Positions 1 through 14,123 of a DNA stretch of 64,000 nucleotides are shown here, one piece after another. The notes beneath the pieces are model-generated. The model was not told the origin of the DNA and ran no database searches. It was given only the letters and a program-made list of their open reading frames with translations. Numbering within the stretch: position 1 is the first letter of the stretch; the number at the start of each line of letters is the position of its first letter. Location of the stretch: assembly GCF_009914755.1 (NCBI RefSeq), contig NC_060947.1; one strand, written 5' to 3'. The DNA is from the human T2T-CHM13v2.0 reference genome, Homo sapiens. The position numbers and the translations under genes are program-made.

Positions 1-2626
1 TTGAAAGCTTCCAACCTTCAGGAACTACCCTTCACATTACTCCTAGAAAGCCCCATCTAGCCCTACAGATCAAACTGTTCACTTTCAAAGGTTGTTTGTG
101 CCTAACCTTTCTTCTGTTTTTTCTGTTTGCATTCCTCATTTGCATTTCAGTTCTTCACCTTTTAACTGAGGCTAGTTTTCTGCCAGAATCTCAGCCCCAT
201 TTAACCAGGGGTCAGACCATCATATTGTCTTTGTCTACTTGGTTTCTGGTTGGTTCCCACTACCAGGAACCAGGATGCTGAATATCCCTAGAATCCTTAC
301 CGTTGGAGTGGGTGGACTCTAGTCTACTTCAACTGGGGCTGTCAAGAGGAAAAAGGTGTCAGAGTCCTCAGCAGACTGGGAGGGGGCCTGGAGCAAATCC
401 TGTGTTAAAATGGGATTTTGTTTTTTCCTCTGCGACCCAAACCCACTCTTGACAGTTCTCTTCTTCACATGAGAGTATAGTGATTGTTCGTTATTCAGAA
501 GATTGCCCAAATTATTTTTTCCTCTCATCTGTTGAGCAATTCCTGGCCATATGGATTATCTTCCTTAGTAATAATACGAATGACAACAATAATAATAACC
601 ATTCTATGTTGCACTAGATATTTTATTTTTATCATTTTTATTACCCTGTAAGATATATGGCTTTTATCTCCATTTTCTAGTAAGTACATTGCAGTTCAAA
701 GAGTTTAAGTGCCCAAGCTCACTTTGGAGGTATACAGTAGAACTGAAATATCAAATCAGGTTTCTCTGACATTACAGCATGGAGCTTTTTTTTTAGGAGA
801 CCCGTTGCATGAAGCATAGTTTTGGGCTGTCTCTTCTCATTCTCAGTTTCATACAGTAAGACTTTGTGTTTACGAAGATAAAATATATATTGAGGATTTA
901 CTATGCATGCATTTCATGCATCTAGCATTATGATCTAACATGGATTAGTGCTTGATGAATATTAACTAAAGGAATGAGAGGAGACTCTAAATTTGTTAGA
1001 AAGGGTAATCTCCCTGTGCTTAACACAGTGGCAGGCATATGGTTGGTGCTAAAAAATATTTGTTGAATTGATGAGATCACCTACTCAGGTATTGTTGAAT
1101 TAATGATATTATCCACTATATCTTTCCATTAAAAGAGATGACTGTGAATTTAAATAGCTGAGCCATTGATCCAGTTGTCTAGTAAAGGAAAAGATCAGTT
1201 TAAATGGATGTTTTTTCCTTTGGATGCCTGAAAGTGTACTTGGTATCATATAATGAATTCTGCTTCCAAAAGAAGGCTGTCACTTACTTGTTTCATCTTA
1301 CTTGACCTTTCACTCATTCACCCCCCAAAACTTCTTCCTTGACTTTTGCCTCTTCCCTGGATAATGCCATTAATTCCCACAACTTCCACCTCATTCTTCA
1401 CACTGAAAATTCTCACATCTGTACCCAGTCAAAATTTTTCCCTGAAGATCCAGAGGCATATACATGACTGCCTACCTTAAAGTAAACTGTCTAAAACAGA
1501 ACTTCTCCCCCTACCTAACACCCCACCTATATGTCTGCTTTTTCTCCTTTTTTTTCTCATTTTGTTAAATAGTGAAGGAGGCCCTGTATTTGGGATAAAG
1601 ACTTCTGGATCCTGGGTATAAACAGGAATGTGACCACATGGGATTCCCTTTGCCACTCCTTTGGAGAAATCACAGTCCTGGTGCTAGAGTTAGGACCCCT
1701 ATATTAAGGAGCTAATGGTAGTCTATATCACCCCCTCCAAAAAAGTTTCTGCTTTTTTTTGCTTTTCTGTTAACCATCTACTCCTCCTTGCTGATACAAG
1801 CAGGGATGATAAGAAAGTGAGCCCTCTTTCTCATTACCTCCTTTTCTCAAGCATATGTGAGAGAATGCAATCTGATTATCATTTATAGGCTCTCATCCCA
1901 AACTTATTTTAAATGCAAATCTTGAGATTAAAACCATTTTATCTTTTATCTAACATTGGATTGACTGCAATAATCATGTGATTTCATAGATTACTTTGAG
2001 AGTTTATACTGCACTCTAGGTTTAGATATCCCAGTGTCTATCTGTAGCCCATAATTAGTGAAGACAATAATATTCTCTTGAATTTTTATTGTGGTTTCAT
2101 GTCCACAGAACACTCTCAAGGCTTGTGTGGATTTTTTCCCCATTCTCCATTTCTTTCTTAGCTGGATAATAGGCCACAAATTGTTTTATGGATTCCTTTT
2201 CGTGTTACTTCCCATCTTCACAAAGGTAGAGTTAACTCTCACCTCCCTCCCTGGACCTATCCACGGTTTAATCCTTCTTGTGCTGTAGTTACTGGACTTC
2301 AACTGATGGTATTAATGTTTTTTCATGTTACATTGCTACAATGGCATGTGGTTTTGCTTCTCTTTTTTTCCATCATCACACACTTGGCAGGACCAATTTG
2401 TCTAAAACCATATATGAATTGTCTCCAAACAGCCTTATTTAAGTCAGATGTTGTCTCTGTAAAACGTTGGCAAAGAAAAGTATTCCCTTCCTACATATAG
2501 TCATATTAAATAGAACTTTGTGAGGCATTGCATTCTTTTTATTCCAAAAATGTTTAATATAGCTCCATATGTAGTATTGACGGAAGCTATGAATTCTATT
2601 AAGATGGCCAAAAGTTAGTGAACTTC

Positions 2627-3038
2627 TGCCACGGACCCTGGTGGACTGAACAAAGGAGGACAAATGCGGGAATAAAGACAAAGACAAAAGAGTATGTTTG
2701 GAAGAAGGAGTCGGGGGCTCCTTGCTTCTGGTGAACAAGGGCCCTGAGCTTCTAGAGCCCTTCGTATTTATTGGGTAAAAGAAATAGGGAGAAGGGGTGG
2801 TTGTCAGTCAGCTGCTTGATTTAGTGCAGGCCTGCATGACTACTTTCTCCAGATGTTCCAGTAGATAACCTCAAGGAGCATGGCACCAGGAAGTGACTGC
2901 CCTCAGCATACCTTCTGGTGGCAGGTGCAGATGTGAGTTTGCCCACATCCTGCATTCATGATAAACAGTTTGCTGTTTGATCATATAGCCTCCAGTGGAA
3001 TGCTGAGTTGGTCAGCATTCAGCTTACAGCTCCCAACA
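2627..3038 (-). mobile_element. Solo LTR, LTR3-like (ERVK/HML-6)
   Basis: TG...CA termini with a perfect 6-bp TSD AACTTC (2621-2626, 3039-3044). The reverse complement reads TGTTGGGAGC...GACCAACTCAGCATTCCACTGGAGGCTATATGATCAAACAGC, as in LTR3. Confidence 0.8.
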
Positions 3039-4779
3039 AACTTCTAGCCTCCTTTTTGGTATAGGTAAATCTTAGTTGCTATATAATAATCTGTTATCTG
3101 TCTGTCCATATCTGCATTTAAAGAAATGTGATTAAAACTCATTTTGTTGGAGGTTCTCCAGCCAGCCAGGGTTAAAGCAGAGTATTTCAGAGAGCACTGA
3201 CTTGATCTTATTTTATAGCTTATGTTCTAGCACTTTCTTGGGTAGATATTTCTCATTGTAGTGCCTCTGTTGTTTTAGAACCATTGCCTTTGATTTGACC
3301 AGAAGCAACAGCATTATTTTCAGGGAGTATTACCAGACCTTAAGGGTATCCTTCTGTGGGACCAAGAGTGTGTGGTGAGGTAGTACAAGTGCTTCCTTCA
3401 CTGTGCATAGCAATATCCTCCCACAAATAGGTCCCCTGCTTCAGGGGTGCCTGTATTTTGAGTGATTAATTGCATTAGCCTTTATGGTAGGTGACAGGAT
3501 ATTCTGTTCAAAACTTTATGCTTACCCTACTCCACTACCACTTTCTTTTAACTAATTCAAGTCTCAGCCGAGACTGCAAAAATTTTGAAATTAAATGTTA
3601 TTCTAGTACTTCTGGTTCACCAAAAATCAGGTAAGTTCAGCATATTACAGAACAGCCTTGCTGTGCAGCACTCTGACAACTTTGCACAACATAATATAGG
3701 ATATGGGGGCAATGCTTGACTGTAGTCTGACCCAATTCTTGGTGAAATGCCCTGCAATTCTGGCTAGAGCAAGGAAGATAACAAGCCTGGTAAGCTGCTG
3801 TGAGACAGTTTCTCATCCCTGTCATGTAGGAAACTGCCATAATACCATTTCTCACCCATTTTCTAGTTTCAGTTGAATGCAGAACTTTTCACCTTATACC
3901 CTGTGTGGGATAAGCCTATGAATTTTCTTGGGTTTAGTTTAGAGATGGCTCTTCAACAGCACCATGATCCATTGCTTGGACCATTTGTTATCTGTATCTT
4001 CTAGTTTGGTGTCATGATGTGAGACTAGGGACTTGGGGAACTGATACCATGCTGATTTAGCTTTCGATGTCTGTGTAAGTAATCAGTTGTCTGAATTCAT
4101 CTGGGCCAAATCTCCTTTACCAGCCAAATCAATGGAAGTGTGGCAAGCCAACCTAACAGCTGTATCAGTAATACTTGTGGCCCTGTTAGCCATCACATTG
4201 CTGCTTTGGTAATGTTTAACTGTGTAACAAAGTGGGACTCTTACTGACCAAACACCCAGCTAGTATATGTACTATGGGATATTCCTTGAGCCTTCTACTT
4301 GTCTCTGGGCATAATGGAGCCCCCAGTTTGGCAGGTGGACAGAGGCCAGAGCTGTATATCAGAATTACTCTGAATTGCTTTTCTCACATTGTCAGCCCAA
4401 GGAAGATACCAAGACCCGCTCATTGGAAAGTCTTATTTACACAACTAGAAGGGCCATACCAATTCTGAAGCTGCCCTCACACACACATCTACCTGAGTGT
4501 GGTAAGAAAGGAAGCACAGTAACAGTGTTTGGGCCTACTCAGAATGGTGCACTTTGAATATGTGGTTGCCTCCTGCTCGTCAATCCTGTGGTCTCCTCAG
4601 TCTATGGTGTTTTGTGTTTCAAAGAAACCAAATGTTTGACCATATAAGCATCTGTAAAACATTTCTAGTTTGGCATAATATCTGGAAAAAATAGAAGGCA
4701 ACATGGAGAATAATCTCTAAAGTATACATTTTTGTAAAAAAATATGCAATACTTGATTTTGCATTATATTCTTTTCTAA

Positions 4780-6900
4780 TATAGGCATTTAAGGCATTTT
4801 TGCCTTCTAAGCACTATTTTAACTGTGTTTGTAGATTTTGATATGTATTTTTATTATATTTAGTTCAAAATTTTGTCTACTTTCTCTTGTAATTTATTCT
4901 TTAATTCAATGATTAATTTACAATTGTGTTTTTACTGTCCAAATATGTAGGGTTTTCCTGGTTTTCATGTAGGTAAATTTGAGAGGAAAATGTTAACATA
5001 GCAGATCTGTGTTAACATTCAGCAGATCTCCTTCATATCTCCAAGGGAACTTGGATCATGATTGACTCTTGACCAGCCACTGGGAATGTGACCCTTTGGA
5101 TGTCTTTTACATAAATGGTGGATTTTTTTTTTTGTACACCTGGAGCAATGGACTATGTAGGTACCTGCTTGTCAAAATTGCTTTGTACAAACATCAAGAT
5201 TGATAAGGTATACCTAGTTTCTAAGTCTTGGTTATTGTGGCTGGTCCTATAGCTGGATATGCCTATATGGCCAGCCCTCTATAAAAGCTATGAATGCTGA
5301 GACTTAAATGCTCTTGCGCTCTTCTTCAAATAGAGATATTCTGTATATGTTCCTGTATTGTGCTACTAGAGAGAAAGCACGTATAGAAAGCCTATGTCTG
5401 ACCTCTCTGGGTTCTACCCAATGCATATCTTTTTCCTGCTGCTTTTACTCTGCTCCTTTTGCTGTAATACATTTTAGCCTTGATTATAACCTAATATTGA
5501 GTCGTTTTGATGAACCTCGAACTTGAGGGTGGTCCTGGGTTCCCCAAAACTGTATTCTAATTTAATTCTATTGTGGTCAGAGAATACACTCCATATGATT
5601 CCTTTTTTTAATGTTGAGACTTGTTTCATGGCCTAGAATATGATCTTTCCTGGTAAGTACATCACATGCCCTGAAAAGAATGTGTATTTTGGCATTACTG
5701 GATGTATTGTTCTATGAATACCAGTTATATAAAAGTAGCTAATAGAGTTCAGATCTTCTGTGTTTTGCTGATTTTGTTTTTCTAGTTCAGTTAATTGCTG
5801 AAACAAGATTGTTAAAATCTCTAGTTATGATTGTGGAATTATGGATTTCTGCATTCAATTCTGACAGTTCTTGTTTCATGTATTTTAAAATGCTATTATG
5901 GGATCCGTATGCATTTGGTATGATCTTTTCTATTGAATTGACCCTTTTATCATTATGAATTGTTCCTCTTTATCTCTTATAATACATTTGTTTTTTATAT
6001 TTGTCTTCTGATGGCCATTCTAGCTTTTTGCTTAACTCTTTGCGAGGTGTATCTTTTCCATCTGTGTACTGTTGACACATCTGCATATTTATATTTAGAA
6101 TGAATGTCTTATAAACAGTATATAGTTGCTTGGATTTTTAAAATTTTACCTTCTGATAATCTCTGCCTTTTTAATTGAAATCTAGTTCAGTAATTTTTAA
6201 TATAACTGCCAATATAGTTAGGTTTAGACCTAAGATCTGTTTTTTTTTATTTTCTACATGCCTCTTCTGTTTTTTCTTCCTCTTTTCCAGCTTTTTTTAA
6301 ATCCGTAAATGTTTTCAGAATTCTATTTTATTTTTCCTATTGATACTCTAGCTATTCTTTTTTTTGTACTTTTTTTGATAGTGGCTGCCCTAGGGATTAT
6401 AAGATACAGCCATAGCTTTCATAGTCCACTTACTTAGTTAATAATGTGCTACTTCAAGTAAAATATGGAAATCTTACAAATTTCCAGGCCCACACCCCTA
6501 TTCTTTTGATTGTAGTTATTACATGTAAAACAAACTCCCCTCTACTCACACAGCCCACAAGGCACTATTATCATTTTACTTTTAAACAGTTATTTGGTTT
6601 ATATAGAGGAAAAAAAGGATAAAATAGTATTTTGCATTTTCTCCACCATTTACCCTTTCTGATTCTCTTCATTCATTTCTGAGTATCCCAATTCCATCTG
6701 GTATCATTTCTCTTCTATGTAAATAACTTCTAGCATTTCTTATAGTGCAGGTTGGCTGATGACAAATGCTTTTAGTTTTATGTGAAAATACCTTTATTTC
6801 ACTTTCACACTTCAGTGATATTTTTGCTGAATATAAAATTCTGGGTTAACATTTCATTTTTTCATGCTTTAAAGATGTTTTAACAGTTTTTCAGTCCTCC
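4780..6900 (-). mobile_element. Old L1M fragment (ORF2 region, antisense), interrupted by an LTR; continues near 11790-12300
   Basis: T-rich degenerate L1 antisense motifs (ttgtggtcagagaatacact, gaaaagaatgtgtatttt, gaattgacccttttatcattatg). Boundaries are approximate. Confidence 0.65.
4968..5552 (+). mobile_element. ERVL-class solo LTR, MER68/MER77/MER21-like
   Basis: Begins ...gttaacatagcag, has TATA-like ctataaaag, and ends gaacttgagggtggtcctgggttcccc, typical of the MER21/68/77 3' end. Confidence 0.55.
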
Positions 6901-7193
6901 ATTTTTTTTAATTTAAAAATTTAATTGATGAAAATTACATAGATTTGTGTAAGATGATGTTTTAAAATTGAGCTTGTTAACATATATGCATTACCTTACA
7001 TGTCATTTTTGTGGTAACATCACTTAAAATCTACTTTCTCAGCAATTTTCAAGTATATAATACATTGTTATTAACTACAGTCACCATGTTGTACAGTAGA
7101 TCTCTTGAATTTATTCCTCCTGTCTAACTGAAATTTTGTATCATGTGACCAACATCTCTTTGATCTTCCCCCACCCAGTTCATGATAACCACC

Positions 7194-7562
7194 TGATATG
7201 GTTTGGCTGTGTCCCCACCTAAATCTCATCTTGAATTGTAGCTCCCATAATCCCCACGTGTCATAGGAGGGACCTGGTGGGAGGCAATTGAATCATGAGG
7301 GTGGGTCTTTCCCATACTGTTCTCCTGATAGTGAATAAGTCTCACGAGATCTGATGGTTTCATGAAGGGCAGTTTCCCTGCACATGCTCTCTTGCCTGCC
7401 ATCATGTAAGACATCCCTTTACTGCCCCTTTGCTTTCTGCCATGATTATGAGGCCTCCCAACCATGTGGAACTGTGAGTCCATTAAACCTCTGTTTTTTT
7501 TTTTAATAAATTACCCAGTCTCAGGTATGTTTTTATTAGCAGCATAAGAACAAACTAATACA
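7194..7562 (+). mobile_element. THE1B/C-like MaLR solo LTR
   Basis: TGATATGGTTTGGCTGTGTCCCC...CTAATACA with a perfect 5-bp TSD CCACC (7189-7193, 7563-7567). Confidence 0.9.
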
Positions 7563-7903
7563 CCACCACTTACTCTCTGCTTCTATTAGTTCAACTTTTT
7601 TAGGTTTCATATAAATGAGATTATATGATATTTAACTTTCTGTGCTTGGCTTATTTCACTTAATGCCCTTCAGGTTTATCCATGTTGCTGCAAATGACAG
7701 GGAATCCTTTCATTTTAAAGGCTGAAATAGTATTCCATTGTGAGTATATACCACATTTTCTTTATCCATGTATCTGTTGAAGGATACTTAGGTTGATTCT
7801 GTATCTTGGCTATTGTGAACACTGCTGCAATGAACATGTGAGTTAAGATATCTCTTTGACATACTGATTTATATTTTTTTGGATATATACCCCATAGTGG
7901 AAT

Positions 7904-9537
7904 TGATGGCGCAGTGGCCCACCTAGAGCAGTCGCTGCCATGACACTGGCTGCAGTGGGGGAGGTACGACCAAGGCTGCTCACTCCATGGAGCCAGCAGG
8001 GGCTGGGACTAGGCAGGAGCTGTGCCCTCCAGGGCACAGCTGTAGCCACCCAAGTCATGGCTGTGGACCCAGGACTTCCTGTGCCCTTGGGGGCTGGGAG
8101 CAGGCTGGAGCCCTACCCTCCTGGGTGCAGCTGCAACTGCCCAAGTTGTGGCTGCAGACCCAGGCCTCCCTGTGCACCTTGGGGCCAGGAGCAGACAGGA
8201 GCCCCATCCTCCCAGGCACAGCTGTAGCTGCCCAGCCATGGCTGTGGACCCAGGAGTCTCTACTCTCAGTGGTCTGGGAAGGCCCCCCATGCGCCTGCCA
8301 GCTCAGAAGTATCTGCTCCTGCTGCCTGGCCTTTCCCCACTCCTGGTACCCACTCTGATCTCAGAGCAAAGTTGAGGCTGAGCCCAGGCACTGTTGCAAC
8401 TGGCCAGGTGGGTGCCAACGAGCATGGGAGGGAGGTCAAGGGGGAGCTGAGAGCAGTTTGGTGCTGGCGTGCAGGCACCCTTCAGCACAAACAGCCTGGA
8501 TGCCATGAACAGCGGCAGGAGGCAGACAGGCTCCTGAGTAGAAAGGGATAGGTCACCAGTGAAGCCCCACCTTCAAGTCAGGGAAGGCCTGAAGCTTGGG
8601 AGCCAGGCTGCCAGTCACACAGACTGGAGTGGGAACTTATGGTGCTTTTCCCAGCCCACCCATAGCCACTCATGGACTAGTTAGTCAGCATGCACTTCCT
8701 CCCCTCTGAAGCACATAAAAATCCCAGATATCAACCAGACTCAAGGAAAGGATGAGATGTCCAGCTGTGGAGAGTAGCTACCCACTCCAGGGTGTCCTCT
8801 CTGCTGAGAGCTGAACACTCATCAAGACACCCTGCCTGTGGAGAGGAGCTACCCAATGTGGGTCTCCTCTGAGCTGTTCTGTCGCTCAGTAAAGCTCCTT
8901 TTTGCCTTGCTCGCCCTCCATTTGTCCATGTACCTCATTCTTCCTGGATAAAGGACAAGAACTTGGAACCCACCAATGGCAGGGCAAAAAGAGCTGTAAC
9001 ACAAACAGGGCTGAAACACACTCCTTGCTCATTACGTTGTAGGCAACAAGAAGGAGAGAAGAGAGAAGGAGAGAAGAGCTGCTTCCCTTCTGGGAGCCCA
9101 GACCTAGGAGTTCCCTGAGCCAGGGCTGTGACACCCTGTTTGAGGCGTTGCGGTTCCTGGCATTTCCAAGCTTCTGGGTGCTACTGTGTTCCCTGGTGCC
9201 AGCCGTGGAAGCTGCTTGCAGTACGCCTGGCCCAGCCACAGCCTTGCAGGGAGCCAGCGCCCATGCCAGCATCTGGAGTTTCCTGCCCCACTTCAGCCAG
9301 CATGCCTGGCTATGCACAGAGGCTGGACCCTATACTTGCTCACAACGCTCCTCACCGCTCTATGCCTGGCTTGCCCTTGGCAGGCTTGGGAGCCAGGCTG
9401 GTAGTGTGAGCCGAGTGTAGCCTGCCAGGCTGAGTGGGTGGAATGAGCTCAGCAGGCCCAAGTAAAACTCAGGCAAAGATGCCACTGGCCACAGAGGTTT
9501 CTGGCTGGTGAAGCAACACCACAAGAATCCTGTGACA
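7904..9537 (+). mobile_element. MER52-like long GC-rich ERV1 solo LTR
   Basis: TGATGGC...GAATCCTGTGACA, about 1.63 kb. The 4-bp TSD GAAT/GAAC splits the L1 motif agtggaattgctggatcatatgg. Confidence 0.8.
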
Positions 9538-9767
9538 GAACTGCTGGATCATATGGTAGTACTTTTTAAATTTTTTGAGGAACCTCCATTCTGTTTTCCA
9601 AAATGGCTATACTAATTTACATTTCCACCAGTAGTGCTGAAGATTTCCCTTTTCTTCATATCTTTATCAACACTTGTTGTCTTTTACTGTTTTGATAAGT
9701 GCTGTTCTAATAAGTGTGGGGTATGTCTAGTTGTGGTTTCAACTTGCATTTCCCTTAGTGATGCTGA

Positions 9768-10152
<385 letters not shown>

Positions 10153-12916
10153 ACTTCGCCCATTTTTAAATTGGACTATTTGTTTTCTTGCTCTTGAGTT
10201 CTTTGAGTTCCTTATATATTCTGGCTATTAACTCCTTATCAGATGTATAGTTTGCAAATATTTTCTCCCATCCCATGGGTTATCTCTTCATTCTGTTTAT
10301 TGTTCCCTTGGCTGTCCAGAAACTTTTTAGTTTGATGAAATCTAATTTGTCTATTTTTGTGCTTTTGTTGCCTGTTCTTTTGGTATCATATTCAAAAAAC
10401 TATTGCCCAGACCAATGTCGTGGACCTTTTCCGTTATGTTTTCTACTAGTAGGTTTATAGTTTCAGGTCTTACCTTTAGGTCTTTAATCCATTATGAGTT
10501 GATTATTGTATATAGTGTGAGATAATGGTCCAGTTTCACTCTTTTGCATGTGGATATCCAGTTTTCCTATCACTATTTATTGAAGAGACTCTCCTTTTCC
10601 CATTATGTGTTCTTGGCCCCTTTTTGAAAAATCAATTGACCATTAAATGTATGGGTCTGTGTCTAGGCTCTCTATCCTGTTGTATTTGTCTATGTGTCTG
10701 TTTTTATGCCAGCACAATGGAGTTTTGATTACTTTAGCTTTGTAGGATATTTTGAAGTCAAGTACTGTAATGTGTCAAGCTTTTTTCCCCCTCAAGGCTG
10801 CTTTGGCTATTGGGGGTCTTTTGTAGTTCAACATGAATTTTAGGATCATTTTCTCTATTTCTGTGAAAAATGTCATTGAAATTTTGATAGGGATTCCATT
10901 GAATCTATAGATTGCTTTGGGTGGCAAGGACATTTTAACAATATTAATTCTTCCATTCCATGAAAATAGTGTGTCTTTCCATTTATTCATGACTTTTCCA
11001 AATTTTTTCAATGTTTTACAGTTTTCAGTGTACACAACTTTTACATCCTTGGTTACGTTTATTCCTAAGTGGGATTTCTTTTTTGGTAGCAACTATAAAT
11101 GAGATTGGTTTCCTGATTTATTTTGTAGGTAGTTCATTATTAGTGTATAGCAACACTACTAACTTTTTAATGCTGATTTTGTATCCTGTACCTGTTTTAA
11201 CCAAATTTGTTTATTACTTCTAACAGTTTTTTGGTTGAGTCCTTCAGGTTTTCTCTATATAAGACCAATAGTTTAACTTTCTATTTTCTGATTTTCATTC
11301 CTTTAATTTTTTTTCTCTTGCCTAATTGCTCTTGCTAGGACTTCCAGTTCTATTTTGAATAGAAGTTTTGAGAATGGGCATCTTTGTTCCTGATCTTAGA
11401 GGAAAAGCTTTCAACTTTTCATCACTGAGTATGCTATTAGCTGTGGGCTTGTCATATATGGCCTTTATTGTGTTAAGATACATTCTTCTGTACCTAATTT
11501 GTTGAGAGTTTATCAGGAAACAATGTTGAATTTTATCAAATGCTTTTCTGTATATATTGAGATGATCATATAGTTTTTGTCTATCATTCTGTTAATGTAG
11601 TGTGTCATATTTATAGCTTTCTATATGTTGAATTATCCTTGTGTTCCAGGAATATATTCCATTTGATCTGGTGAATGATCTTTTAAATATGCTATTGAAT
11701 TCAGTTTGCTAGTATTTTGTTGAGTATTTTTGCATTTGTGTTCGTCAGGGATATTTGTCTGTAATTTTATTTTCTTTAGTGTCCATGATCCATAGTTTCT
11801 GATGAGAAGTTAAGCATTAACTGAATTGTTGTTTTGACTGTGATATGTCATTTTTCTCTTGCTGCTTTCAAGGCTCTTTCTCTTTGACTTACAGTGGTTT
11901 ATTATTTACCTCAGAATGGACTTCTCTGTATTTATTCTGCTTTGAAATCATTTCGTATCTTGTATATATTCATTGCTATCATTCATCAAGTTTGGGAAAT
12001 TTTCATTTATTATTACTTCAAATATATTTTATGTCCCATTCTATCTCCTCTTCTACTGGTATACTAAATTCGCTTATGTATGACTGTTCGATATCATCTA
12101 TTAAGTTTTTGAGCTTCTGTTCAATTTGTGTCATTTTTTTCTCTGTTCTTCAACTTGTGTAATTTCTATTGATCTGTCTTCGAGTTCACTTATTCCTGTT
12201 ATGTCCATTTTGCTGTTAAATCCATCTAGTGATTTTTTTCATAAATTATATTTTGTATTTTAAAATTTCCTTTTTTATTGCCTTTATTTCTCTGCTGAGG
12301 CTTCCTATTTCTCTACTGAGGTTTTCATGAATTGATAAATCCAAGGTCTCTGTCATAATTGAGGTTGGTTCTGATGTTCTGCCTCATCAAACTGTGCCTT
12401 TTTAGTATGCTTTGTGATTTTTTTGTCAAAAGCTGGAAATGATGTATTGGGTAAAAGGAACTGAGGTGAATAGACCTTTAGTGTAAGGTTTTATGTTTAT
12501 TTGGTTAGGGATTAAGCTGTGTTTAGTATTTTCTGTAGCTGTAAGTGTCAGGAAATAAAATATCCTCTGCTGTCTTTGTTTTTTACTTCCCTGTTACATT
12601 TGAGTTCCTCTAGCAACTTTTTCTTAAGATCTGAGATATGTAATTCTTTCTGTTGTATCCCCCTGTTATTATACAGGATCCCTATTGATGTAGTAAGGTG
12701 TAGGGAGAGAAGTGTTCTATGGTCCTATGATTGGGTCTCAATCTTTTAGTGAGCCTGTGCCCTAGACTGTGACCTTCGCAAGTGCTTCTCAGTTTTGCTT
12801 TGTTTTTCCCACCTTAGGTGAAATAGGAAGGCTAAATGGGGACAGGAATTGGGCATTTCCTTCTTCCAGGTCAGTTAAGGTCTGCTAAATCCCCAGTTGG
12901 TTATGTTCTAGTAATA

Positions 12917-13218
12917 TAGTTGGGTCCTCTGTATCCATGAGTTTAACACGCATGGATTCAACCAACCATGGATGGAAAATGTTTGGGAAAAAAAGCAATA
13001 AAGAATAACAATACAATAATACAAAATAACACAAATAAAAATTGCAGTATAGCAACTATTTACCTAGCGTTTATATTGTATGAGGTATTATAAGCAATAT
13101 AGAGATGATTTAAAGTATATGGGAGGATGTGCATAGGTTATGTGCAAATATGACACCATTGTATATAAGGGAGTTGAGTATCTCTGGATTTAGGTATCCG
13201 TGGATACTCAGGAACCAC
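12917..13218. mobile_element. MER2/MER2B (TcMar-Tigger) non-autonomous DNA transposon
   Basis: Characteristic atggattcaaccaaccatggat...gagatgatttaaagtatatgggaggatgtgcataggttat. Confidence 0.75.
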
Positions 13219-14086
13219 TATAGTTTCACCTGAGGGCAGGCCTTGGTAAGAAAGAGAATGTTCTTGAGTGCTTCATAAAATGGCTTTTTTTTAAACTCTC
13301 CCTGCCTGAAGCCCAAAATAATTTTTCTTTTATCTTTACTGTAAGAACCTGATAGGGTTCCTGGAGCTAAAACTCACAGAACTGGGTATGGGTCTAAGAT
13401 TGGGCCTCCCTGGAGTTTCTAACTCTCAAACTACAGTTTATGTTTTCTTAGCCTGATACTGGTTCTGGAGTTTTCTCCTGGGCTTCTGCTTCAGAAAGTT
13501 GGATTTTCTGTATCTGCCTGTCTGTCTCTATAGTTTGGGGGCAGTGATTTGCCCTGTAATTGCAACCTCTAATGGATCTAGGAAGAGTTGTTGATTTTCA
13601 CTTTGTTTAGCATTTTTCTTGTGAGGATAAGAGTGATAACTTTCAAGCTCCTTACATTCTGAACCAGAAAATGAAAGTCAGGTTTTCATGAATTAGAAAC
13701 ATGTCTATTTGCATTTCATTGATGATAACCAGTTTAAAATCTTCATGTTACTTCCAACATCTGGTTCATCATGGAGTTGGACTACATCGATTTTTTTTTT
13801 CCTGTTTATAGTGTGTTCTATTTTCTTGATTCTTTGTATGCTGGGTTCTTTTGAGTTATATCTTAGATATTATGAATGCTAAATTGAGGAAATTCTGGAT
13901 TATGTTATTTTCACCCAAAAAGTATTGGTTCCTTTGTTTTAGTATCTAGTTTTGTTGACTGGGCTTGAACAGCTAACTCTATTTCTTTTGCAGCAGCTCT
14001 TATCTTCATTCAGATCTTTGTTTTTGGATGGGCTGCTGAAAGTCTGGACTGTATAAGCATGGTTCAGTGTTTAGTCAGAAATGTGA

Positions 14087-14089
<3 letters not shown>

Positions 14090-14120
<31 letters not shown>
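14090..14120. repeat. (TA)n microsatellite
   Basis: About 15 uninterrupted TA units. Confidence 0.95.

Positions 14121-14123
<3 letters not shown>

Noticed and set aside
295-530. Possible minus-strand exon (69-aa ORF; ACG|GTAAGG donor at 301/300)
   Set aside because: Weak acceptor, no recognisable protein similarity, and the ORF stops before the donor.
3601-3636. 24-nt micro-exon candidate ending CAG|GTAAGT
   Set aside because: The donor is strong but the polypyrimidine tract is poor, and such motifs occur by chance in 64 kb.
3900-4230. Possible ancient ERVL LTR fragment
   Set aside because: The resemblance is too weak to name or delimit without a Dfam search.
7843-9420. Cluster of overlapping 67-143 aa ORFs on both strands
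   Set aside because: They lie essentially within the GC-rich MER52-like LTR, where stops are rare. There is no domain or splice support.
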